In this document: piece after piece, positions 37,690 through 48,407 of the stretch
How the letters are laid out: every line of letters begins with the position of its first letter
Position numbering within the stretch: the first letter of the stretch is position 1
Assembly: GCA_038496445.1 (NCBI GenBank)
Contig: JALMLS010000183.1
Coordinates: 1-64,000 of the forward strand
Direction of reading: 5' to 3'
Origin: Trichosphaerium sp. ATCC 40318
Lineage: Eukaryota; Protista; Tubulinea
Length of the DNA: 64,000 nucleotides
Notes under the pieces: model-generated
What the model was told of the DNA's origin: nothing
The model's database searches: none
What the model saw: the letters and a program-made list of their open reading frames with translations, nothing else
Made by a program: the position numbers and the translations under genes

Positions 37690-38505
37690 CAGCAATTTGC
37701 GAACGATTCTCAACAGGTGTATTGTCCAAGTCATCTTCACAGTGAAGGAACTTCCATACTGATAACTTTCAAAGTTACATGGACAACATGACCTTTATAT
37801 CGATAGACAATATCAAAATACTCAAGAGCCTTTATAAGGTATAAGTAAACCAATACAATGAAGATAGAGAATGAAACGCACATATAGTATTCACAATGAC
37901 GACTTTCCAAGATTCACATGTGATATAATATCAAACTGTATTTGGTGAAATATTGTACGATTTATTTGTGTAGCGCCAAATATTGTTTATCCTTCCATAC
38001 GTAACTTTCAATTGCCACACGTGCCAAGATTGCTGTTATCCTCTTTGTGAGTATTTATAAATGATTGTAAACCATAAGCGAAGAGAGAATAACACGCACA
38101 TATAGGTATTCACAATGACCTACTCTCCAAGATTCACATGATATCATCTCAACTGATTTGAGTTGAACATTGTACGACTTATTTGTGTAGTGCCTTAAAT
38201 ATTGTTTATCCTTCTTTTTCGTATTTTCAATTGCCACACGTGCCAAGATTGCTGTTATCCTCTTTGCGATGTATCTATGAAATGAGTTGTTTACCAGAAG
38301 CGAAATAAATTGAGGTACTTTTGGCATTTGTCTTTTTAAAACAAAGCCTGGGTATGGCCAACTCAAACTAGTTTCCAGTTCACTTGCAGAGTAAAGGTTG
38401 TTTTTTTTGAGACCGCTGATAATCTTATTTAATTCTGAATCTCCAATACTCAATTCCACGTCAATAGAAAGTTCTAGCTTTTCCTTACGATAGTTGTATA
38501 GTTTA
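37690..38505 (-). pseudogene. Inverted, deleted and internally duplicated copy of the 24438-25910 gene
   Basis: Near-identical translation ELSIGDSELNKIISG/LKKNNLY...WPYPGFVLKRQMPKVPQF...CEYLYVRV with an in-frame deletion. The segment RITAILARVAIE..CEY occurs twice (37880-38050 and 38090-38270). Confidence 0.9.
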
Positions 38506-38550
38506 GGTTCTTTGAACTGTTGTATTTCTTTGATAAGTTGAGCTCATCTA

Positions 38551-38829
38551 TCAGCACAGCTCGTTCCATCTGGGCGTACTGCATTTCCACAAAAATCTTG
38601 TGTAGCAAAAAGTTGTTGTTTTATTAAGATGTACATTACAAGATCTACAACATTGCTTGTAATATGTGTGGGAGTATTTGATTTGTTGGTGGTACTGAAA
38701 CGATGCCAAATCTTCCCATGTTAGAGCGTTACTGGCCATAATATATAAAAGTATCTCCAAAGAAAGCGAAAACAAGTCTGTGACTTCTGTGCTTGACGTA
38801 TCAGCACATACAATCCGTTGCGATGCCAT
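38551..38829 (-). pseudogene. Truncated F-box gene fragment
   Basis: TDLFSLSLEILLYIMASNALTWEDLASFQ, paralogous to the fragment at 43918. It loses similarity after the F-box. Confidence 0.55.
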
Positions 38830-39399
38830 TTGATTTTTTGTGAAATAATTGTTGAGTTTTTTCAATGTCATTAAACAACCTAGCAAGACCATTGCAATCT
38901 TTGAAGATATGTCAAGTCACGTTCAACCCACACCATCCGGAAGCTAAAAGTGAATTAGGTACAATGGGCTAGATCAGTGTTAACACTCAACTGAAGAGTC
39001 AAACAGTATTGCCGAAAGCTGTCCCAAAAAACCCACATGTATACATTACTAGCTCTGATACTAGCGTTATCACGTCAACAATAACAAACACGAATATTAG
39101 TTTCCGAAAATGTAGTGCAATCCATTAGGAGAGAAGTGTTTCCATAAGGACCTACACTCAACAATGTACCAAGTATAAAAATTAATAAGTTTGACAGTAA
39201 TTCGTAAAAAATTCCCAAAGAAAAATGATAATGTCCTCCAAATATTGTTTTGTTGTGTAGTGCCCGTTGCCAAGGTTGCAGGTAGTTAGTTTAAGTTGTA
39301 TGAGTCTGAATACTCCGCTGTATGACGGAGGTAGCACTTAAAGCTTGCTTGTTTAAGTCAAATCATCTAACCACAGCATCACTATGCTTATCGTCTACC

Positions 39400-40558
39400 A
39401 TGCAAGCCACGTAAGCTTTTGTCGTGTTTTGTACCTTCTTGAAGCTAATGCACTGTTTTTTGCAGAATACAACCTGATATCGCGTTAATAGACTTCCCAC
39501 CAGAGATTTTAACAAATATTTTATCATTCTTGGACATTACTAGGTTCAATGTGGCGCAAACGTGTTGGACGCCCTCAAATATCATACATTATCACGTGGG
39601 GTATAACCGTATTTATATAACATCACAAGAAGCCTTTGAACTTATTTGCGACAGCCCACTATTACATCTAAACAATACAATGGTTGTTTATTTAGAATAC
39701 TATGTGCTCACAGACAAAGAACTAAAAGCACTACAAGGTATTAAGAATATAAACATTGAAGACAATATATTCATAACAGATAAGGGTCTTGAGTCAATAG
39801 CAGGAGTGCATACTATAGCTCTTTGGGGGTGCAGAAAAATTACAGACAAAGGACTCAAAGCACTCACTGGAGTACATACTGTGGATATCTATGATTGTCC
39901 TCTCATCACTGCTGAAGGATACGCACACCTCAGCGGTGCACATAAAATAGACGTACAGCATACAAAAATCAATGATATTGGCTTAAGGGGATTAAGTGGT
40001 ACTTACTCTATAAATATTGGCCATTGTTTGAATGTAACAGATGAGGGTTTATCACATCTTAAAGGTGTTTATGAGATTGATTTGACTAGTACAAAAGTGA
40101 CAGATATTGGTTTGGAGGCGTTCATAAAAGGAAATGGAAACATTTTAACTAAAATTGATTTGTCTCATACACAAATTACAGACAAAGCTCTCAAACATCT
40201 CTGTGGTATAAATAAAGTTAATTTGATCGCCTGCCATAATATAAATGACAAGGGTATTAAGTATTTGGCAGATGCAAAGACTGTTAATTTGACGCGCACA
40301 AACACAACAGACAAAGGTATAAAACATCTTAATTCTGTTACTGAACTTAATCTGTCACAAACACATATTACTGATGATGGGTTACAAGCTCTGGATCATG
40401 TTAAGAAACTTATACTACGCTCGTGTAAGAATATAACTGATGAGGGCATCAAGCATTTAAAGTCAGTTGTGTATCTAAATATTATGGGATGCAACAATAT
40501 CTCTGAAGAGTGTACTGATTCATTACCTAATCTCAGAACGTGTTTACGCCATCAATAA
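39400..40558 (+). CDS. F-box / LRR protein (one 5' intron)
   Basis: MQAT|IQPDIALIDFPPEILTNILSFLDITRF (micro-exon ATGCAAGCCAC|GTAAGC...GCAG); ~13 LRRs such as VHTIALWGCRKITDKGLKAL. Confidence 0.9.
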
Positions 40559-41284
40559 AGCCATGATAACTTTGAAACACTGTAACAATTAAGCCAAGAT
40601 CCTGAATCTGATTATGGGTGGTATTAACTGTGAAGATTTTGAGTCACGTTCAATAAAAGAGTGACACTCCCTTTTGAACTCTGTTCAAAACACATTTTTG
40701 CCGCCATAGACCACAATGCCATTGGTTGTTTACCTCTTAGTGTAAACCAAAACAAGTACACCAAGTAGTTGCTTCTTAAACAAACTTTTCAGACGACAAG
40801 CAAATTTCACTCAGCTTGACATTACCCAACTGTTGTTCTTACAGTACTACACTGCAATTCCAGCGTTAACGTGTAGCGTTTCTATTGTTTGTGTTGGTCT
40901 TGAGACTTTGCTTGAACTAAAAAACCAAAAAAGTTGTTTTACGATTTGATCCTAATCCAATTGGAAGAAACGGTACCACCTGTTTCGAATACCTTCTTGC
41001 ATAAATATTAACATAGTTTTATTACTCACACAGATGCTTTTGTCGCGGTTTGAAAGCTACGCTTAAGGATTATCAAAAAGCTCTTAGTTTTCAGGCTTTA
41101 ACAGGTATCTTCACTTGAACTGCCTGATATGACACGTGCCCAACGGCTGCATAGATGATTAAATAACTTTCTGGTGAAGAAATGGTTGACAGCGTTCTCT
41201 TTTCGTACCTGAATTGTTGAGAGTTTGTTGAATGTATCCAGTGTGACTATTGTGATCTGTTGAGCTTAAATTGTCAAAAGCAGC

Positions 41285-42711
41285 ATGGAAGAGTTACCAA
41301 TAGAGATTCTCTTGTGTATATTCACATGTATTTACAACTACAGCGCCCTGACAACGTTATTTCTTGTAAGAACAGTTTTTAATTGGTCACGTGGTTATTG
41401 ACCTTTATAATGCGCAGGTTAGTAAGAAAATCAATGGTATCGCAAAGCACAACTGTTTGTGGTATGCTCAGCTAAAAAACCTGAGCGGTTTAACGAACAC
41501 GCTTGTTATAAAGGATGTACGACTTAGGGCTAATTGTAAAAAGTTAACGTTTGTTCTAGGATTCCATCAGTATGATGACAGCTTTCGAGCAATTTAAACA
41601 TCTACATACCTGCGCTAAATACAAGAGGTCACATGCCAAACCTATTCAGTTGTATATCTATGGTCCATTTAGTTTGAGAGAGGTAACACTGTAAAAGTTT
41701 TTGGAATGGAAAAAGTTGTGCAATGTTAGAGTTATTTCTTTGTTTATCTAACACGTCTTTAGATGTTCTACAACTCGTTGAGATCTATAGGAATCCAGTG
41801 TAATTTCCTAAAGGTTCTAGATAATAGTACGTGCCTACCAACTTAACAGTGGATTGCACATAAGGCCTAACACTGCTTTTTTACTAGCCACGTTTGTTCG
41901 TAAAATGGGAGATCCTGTGTCTCCTGAGTTTGAGTTGAAAGTACTGTATCAAAGCATTCTATATGGAATACAACCTCTGACTATTAAAACCAGTGATAAC
42001 GATACTTGTGGTACAAAAATACTATTGCAGATTTGGGCTTTTTTTGCTTTTTTTTGTGAAAAAGAAGTTGCTTACAACGTACAGATAGCCGTGATATTTT
42101 TCCTACATACGTTAATGGTTTATCTATTCTACTCAATAGATACGGCGAATCAGACTTAGTTGAATTATGGGAAAACATGGATCCTGTACACCATATTTAA
42201 ATATTTCTTATTTTTTTCTTAAGCTTTTTTTTTCTTACTAAGAGGTGCTCACTAGCGCTATAAACCGATTGTGAAACACAGTTGCATAAATGCATCTGTA
42301 TGCGCATATATCAAAGGAGTAAATAAAGCGCCAAAAGAAGAACGGAAGCAGAACGTTGTTCAAAAAAACCAGTTCAAAGTTGAACATTCTGCTCTAACTG
42401 ATACAACACCTCTTCTGTACGCGATTCATGTGTAAGATTGTTTGTATTTATTTACATTCTTTTTTAGGTTGGACATTGAGGAACAACCGTTTGACATACA
42501 TTCAAATGAAGAGACAATCCTGGACTATATTGATGCAACTATAACAGAAAACCCTTTTGACAAGTCATCTTCAATGGTACACGAGCTGTGGAGTCTGACC
42601 TTTATTGAAAAGCTCCTAAAAATGGCGTTGGATATGCACATTACATCCTCAGGATCAAATATTGCTACTGAAAGGCTTCAAGCCCAACAACAGCAAAAGT
42701 GCGGCAGTTAG
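41285..42711 (+). CDS. F-box protein, multi-exon, C-terminal domain unassigned
   Basis: MEELPIEILLCIFTCIYNYSALTTLFL|VSKKINGIAKHNCLW is a canonical F-box. Downstream exons are bounded by GT/AG; the 3' end is uncertain. Confidence 0.6.
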
Positions 42712-43506
42712 TTTCAGAAAGTAAAACTGACTTCCCAAATAGCAATCGGTTTACATTATTCTGTCACTACAATAGTGGATTCTGGCTATGTTTATTTGGA
42801 AGCATACTATTGTATCCTGTTCTAATTATATCAATGATACTACAGGCGGTAATAGGTATCTCATGATCACAACAATCGATTTTCTTCAACTAAAGTTTCT
42901 CTTAGCTGTGTTATATATATTGTTGTTTATCGTTGCTATGTTTGTGGATATATTTCCGTGCTTTAGGGTTTTTTTAGTGGATGAGCTAAATAATAAGGTT
43001 AAGTTAATCATGATTCCATGGATAGTGATGCATCACTATCCAACGACTATGTATATCTTTGCTTCTTTTGGATTTAGATATGGTTTTTTCAATGGCTTTA
43101 ATGTAAGCGCTTAAGAAAATCATAAAACTGTTTACACCACGTGCTTACTTTTTACTTTAGCGGTCTTTCAGAGAGATTTGGAGTCATATAAAGTTGTTTA
43201 AACGTTATTATGGGAACCGAGAAATTACTGAGTTTGACACGTGGGCATATGGAATGTCACTTAGGACACGTTGGTTAATTTTATTTGAGGTATTATTAGG
43301 TACCTCTTTTTTACTTTATACACTACTCTAAATTAGTACCTATAGTACCTTTATGCAGTATGGCAGCTGTGATAGCGGTTTGCACATCAAAATAAATAGC
43401 TTGCATTTCATACTACACCTTATACTTCTTGCAGTTAAAAAAACTGGAGGTACTTTCCCTGTGTTGTAGCTAGTGGGCAAATACTTCTGAAATTTATATA
43501 CTGAAA

Positions 43507-43918
43507 TTATAGACACAACACCAACTGACTAACATGTATTGGAAGACAATTACCAGCTACAATTTCAAGCCAAAAAATGTTGTTTTTGGAACTGAGATGT
43601 TTCTTGTCACAACTAAGCATTACGTTTTGATTTTTTTCTTTCCACATGACTGCATCAAGATTATACAAAGTCAACTTGTCCAAACTCTTTACATCCTGTG
43701 GATATAAAGTCACCATCGCGACCCCATTTATGATGGTATAAACGTTGATAAATGTAATCTGAGGTGTATCGTATTATTTCGCACAGATGACGGTTTGATT
43801 GTTGAAACGATGCTAAATCGTCATGTGCTAGATCATAACTGGCCATAATAGACAACAGATATCTTATAGGAAGCGAAAACAAGTCTGTGCTTGATGTATT
43901 AGTGCGTGCAATCTGCAT
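43507..43918 (-). pseudogene. F-box gene fragment, probably frameshifted
   Basis: TDLFSLPIRYLLSIMASYDLAHDDLASFQQSNRHLCEII; the coding-like sequence continues in a different frame (43507-43716). Confidence 0.5.
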
Positions 43919-44486
43919 GTGTGACTTGCACAGGGAAACGTTTGTAACAAGACTTGTAACGACTTGAAGGTTCCGGATTTTTTCCAATGCAGTCTTTGCG
44001 CAAGTTCTCGGAACATCAAAAAGCCATCTCACTAACAACTTCATCAAAAGACAAAGACAGATATTGCCGTACAACACAACAGCCTCGTTAACTATTTTAA
44101 ATATTGGTGTAATAGCTTTGAAGTCCCTACAGCTACGCTTAACGTTTGTAAAGCAAACAGACTTTAACAAGCCCTATCAGTCTAAATAACACGTGAACCA
44201 AACGGTCTTGGAGCACGTGACAACAGTACGTATATTTAAAGACGAAATCTTGATAAGCAATGTGTTTACAGGAAAAACGAACACCAGGACTCTCCAAGTC
44301 GCTGATAGGGCCTTTTTTTAGCTTAGTTCTATCTTGTCCTACCTTACATAGACCCTCCCAGTTGTATTAAAAGCTTAAAAATACAGCTTTATTAAAAGGA
44401 AATCACGTTTCTAGAAAGACCTTGTTATACTCTTTTCTTATTAGCACGTGTTGACATTATTTTATTTAGATAAGTCACGTGTCCAA

Positions 44487-45476
44487 ATGTCATTGAAGCC
44501 AGGACCATACTGCCTTGTTGATAACACGTCCAGGACTCTACTAGATTTGCCTCGTGACATACAACGTTATTTATGTACATTCAATGAGGAAACGTTCAAG
44601 AAGTTTCATATCCTATCGAAAACAGCTGCAATCAACACGCACTATAATAACAACCTTGACAGAAATGGTATCTGGATGACATGGTATCCCTGTGGTGGTT
44701 TACACTCTCGATACAGTTTAGTCAATGGTGAGGAGACTGGCGAGTGTAAAGAATGGCATGAAAGTGGACAACTCAAAATACATTATTGGGTGGTTAATAA
44801 TGGATATACCGGCGAATTTAAACAGTGGTTCCAAAGCGGACAACTTAAGTTATGCTATTTATATGTTGATGGCATTCAAAGTGGTGAGGCAAAAGAGTGG
44901 TATGAAAACGGACAACTTAGTTGGCAATGTACTTATGCCAACAATAGACAAAATGGTGAATGCAAACGTTGGTTCGATGGTGGACAACTTGATAGTAAAT
45001 GTGTTTATGTTAATGATAAGGTAGAAGGAGAGTACAAAAGATGGTACAAGAATGGTCAAATCAAGTTGCATTATTGCTGTGTTGATGACAAAAAGAATGG
45101 GCAATTCAGAAGTTGGCATTCTAATGGACAGCTTCATGTGCAGTCTAACTATGTTGATGGTAAGATTCATGGGAATATGCAAGTGTGGTGCGAGGATGGA
45201 AAGATTTACAAGGATTGTAACTTTATTAATGGCGAGCAAAATGGGCTGTTTAGACGATGGTTTTATAATGGACAACTTGAACTACAATATGTTTTTGTTG
45301 ATGGTAAAAAGGACGGAGAGTGTAAAAAGTGGCACAGAAATGGGCAATTGTGTGAGCATTGTTTTTACGTCCATGGCGTGCGACAAGGAGAATACAAGTG
45401 GTGGAATGAAAATGGTGCATTGGTACACGCTTTTGATTATGTTGATGGCAAAGTCAAAACAATAAGCGTGTTTTGA
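44487..45476 (+). CDS. F-box-like + MORN-variant repeat protein, paralog of 28634-30055
   Basis: Identical first ~74 aa (MSLKPGPYCLVDNTSRTLLDLPRDIQ...GGLHS), then ~11 MORN-variant repeats. Confidence 0.9.
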   Translation: MSLKPGPYCLVDNTSRTLLDLPRDIQRYLCTFNEETFKKFHILSKTAAINTHYNNNLDRNGIWMTWYPCGGLHSRYSLVNGEETGECKEWHESGQLKIHYWVVNNGYTGEFKQWFQSGQLKLCYLYVDGIQSGEAKEWYENGQLSWQCTYANNRQNGECKRWFDGGQLDSKCVYVNDKVEGEYKRWYKNGQIKLHYCCVDDKKNGQFRSWHSNGQLHVQSNYVDGKIHGNMQVWCEDGKIYKDCNFINGEQNGLFRRWFYNGQLELQYVFVDGKKDGECKKWHRNGQLCEHCFYVHGVRQGEYKWWNENGALVHAFDYVDGKVKTISVF

Positions 45477-46127
45477 ACAAATAGAAAATCAAGAAGTTTT
45501 AACAAGATCCAAGTAAAAAAATGTTTACCAAGGATTTTGACTGCCAACTAACACTGTGACAATAAATTCATGTATTCTAAATAATAGTGTCAACACACTG
45601 ACTTATAGTTTTTTTTTGAATAATTGTTATTAAGCGTATTAGGAGTACAACTCGAGTGAAGATTACAAATGCCACCCTATATGCCATCAATCTAATGATA
45701 TTGATATTCAATCACACGTCATGGTAAGAAATTAGATTGGAACAGTTCTCTGGTTAACAAGCTTGTGTAGTTCATCCTGTAAATTATTTTGTCATCCTAG
45801 CATTAACATAATTACTATTATTGTTCACTGTAGAAAGGGTCTCAACATCACAGAGCGTAAAATTGTAACTGACAGTTTTAACAATAATTTCTAATAAAAG
45901 TTTATTTGGGGAAACAAACGTCTTTTACAAAGACGATGCATCTCTCGCATCATGCAAGGTCTACGACCAAACATAAAAGTGTGAGAGTAACCACAATCTA
46001 ATTTGTACACGATCTACTAGAGAGCTGGCTCTTAAGGGCTAACAAAAAGAGTAAGAATACCTTCACAACAGCAAATAAAAAAACTGAAATGGCGCAAAAC
46101 GCCATTTCACTCTCGCTTTCAAAAATC

Positions 46128-47327
46128 TTACCTTCCGTCCTTTTTTTTAATGTTATCAATAAGCTCAGTGAGTGGTGCCTTTTCTCTTTCTGAAACGAGT
46201 TGATGCTCTTCAATAAAGTAGAGAAAGTGCTTGAATGAAGTGTTCAAGTGTGCGTCGACCTGTAGGGTCTGTATTTCTTTAAAGTGAGCACAGTACAAGT
46301 GTGCATAGACACGGAACAATCTCTTGAACATATTTTTAATAATGTTGACGAATTGACGTGGAAATTCAACACCTAACAAACAAGTCAGCCGCAAAAACGA
46401 AAAACAAAAAAAAGCATTTGAAAAAAAACGTAAAAACTTAAAACGATAAAATCGCTTCTAGGAGCTACATAACATATGACAATACAAAGACAATACGTAT
46501 GAACGCATTAGAATGCATTTTAACCGAATCGATTTTTTTCAAAAACGCACTTTTACGCGTGGAAAAAAAACGAGAAAGCGAGAGCGCCATGTTGTACAAC
46601 ATGCACTCACGACGTTAAATCATCGATAACATCTTTCGGTTTCAACAAAAAAAAAAAGCAGCGAACAACTCTTCGTACCTTCTTTGGAAGGGAATATTTT
46701 CTCGTTATCTAGGAGCTTTTGTATCCAAGTCATCAAATAATCAACGTATTCTGGAGCACAGCATTGAATTGGTTTTTTAATATCTACGCCATCAGCCCAA
46801 TGATACTCGTATCTGTTTGATAAACGTTTAGAATGTATTTTAAAGCGCACGTAGACAATAATTCGAAAAAGGAAGAAGAAAAACGTACTTCGGGCCGGCA
46901 TTCATTACTGGACAGTTCTGCTTGGTGCAAAAAGAGGTTACGGAATCGTATAACATATTGGCTTGATTAAAAAAGTCAATCACTAGGTTTAAAGGCCGGT
47001 TAGTTGATTATTGTAGAGTAACCTTTTGACGAAATAAAAGGAACAAACGCCATAAAAGTAAAAGTCTGGTTTAGCTTTTTAGGCCTTCTTACCGTTGTAC
47101 GCCAACCATTCATTTAAATCCTCGTCAGGAGGGCATTTTACTGCCTCTCTAAGGTTACCACTACCAAGTGAGGCTTCAGCGTGTTTTGCGAGTTCGTAGG
47201 TTTTACTATCCTCTTTTACTTCCTTTCTCTTCTTAAACGTTCTAGTTTTCTTACGGCTAAAAGAGTATTAGACCGAGGTCCGTGAGATCGAAGTTACAAG
47301 CACATACAACTGCAGCATATAGGACAT
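46128..47327 (-). CDS. MOB1: MOB1-family kinase activator
   Basis: AEASLGSGNLREAVKCPPDEDLNEWLA, DFFNQANMLY, CPVMNAGPKYEYHWADG, APEYVDYLMTWIQ, FKRLFRVYAHLYCAHF, AHLNTSFKHF. Confidence 0.95.
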
Positions 47328-48407
47328 TGGTGGCTAGAATGGATTGTAGGTACAGTACCCTAATGAGAGGTGCTGTTTGTACACTTGTAAAGCTTGAGAG
47401 GTTATTTTTGCGAGTAGCAGTTTGGTCAAGATATTACCGAATAGAACTAATATTGGTCCCTAATCGGTGTCAACTCGCTTTATTTAATGTTACAAAAAGC
47501 ATTATCAGTTTTAGATAGAAATAGCTTTTTTTGTACTTGATTATTCTTTTCGTGTCACTGATTGCGCTGTACCAATACGTCATCGCACCGTGTGCTATTT
47601 TATTGCAAGCTTTCTTACTCCGGAGGTTGTGTAGTACTTTACCATTCAGGCCAACCGATAGACAAAGCGTAGGCTGGTACATAGTTATATATACGTACGA
47701 GACCGTTTTATACTCAAGGCATGTAATTGGCTCCTTCCTTTTTGTTGTTTTAGAGCATAACCGTTAAACGCTGTACCTCTTGCATTTCTACGGCATTCTT
47801 GAGCTGCTAGCAAGTGCAAAGTTGATTGTTTTTGTTTGAACGCCAACTCAAGATGACACGCAAACCTTTCTGCGTGCAGAGCCGCGAGAAGCGCTCTTAC
47901 TTGTTTGCTTAATGTTTTTATTCGACGTTGCGCCTCAAGGCCATACGACTCGCTTTTAGGATGTTAGATGCCACTGACGAATAACGGCGTTGTTTTCCAA
48001 CGAACTGCTTGAATTGTTTTTTGTCGTTTGAGTTTTAAACGCCTCTATACGTGTCGGCACCCTTGTAACGAGGCACACCCACTTGGTACTATGTCTGTGC
48101 AACATTATTTAATGTGAAACGAGGTACAAGTGAGATTTGAGGTAATGTGAACTGTTTTTTTGTGTTTCAGTTTTTTTATTTTAGAAATGTACAAGAGGGT
48201 TTGATTAATTGGGGTTTTACAGGTAGGCGATGGTTTGATAGTTCATCACGTGGTGTTCCCAATTTTTTTTTTGGTTTGTTATGATACAATAAGGGGCATA
48301 AATAGATGCAATGGGTAGTGCACACAACGCCAAGAACGGCGAATTGAACCCAGAAAGAGTTGTTGTTTTTTTTTCTTTCAGGTTTTGTTTTTTTGGTTTT
48401 GTGTTGT

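Noticed and set aside
22817-45476. Endogenous giant virus or Polinton insertion
   Set aside because: No capsid, polB, packaging ATPase, integrase or terminal repeats are visible, and several genes carry normal host introns.
47470-48000. Possible extra exons upstream of MOB1
   Set aside because: MOB1 already has a good start exon (MSYMLQF at 47327), and I could not assemble a convincing separate model.
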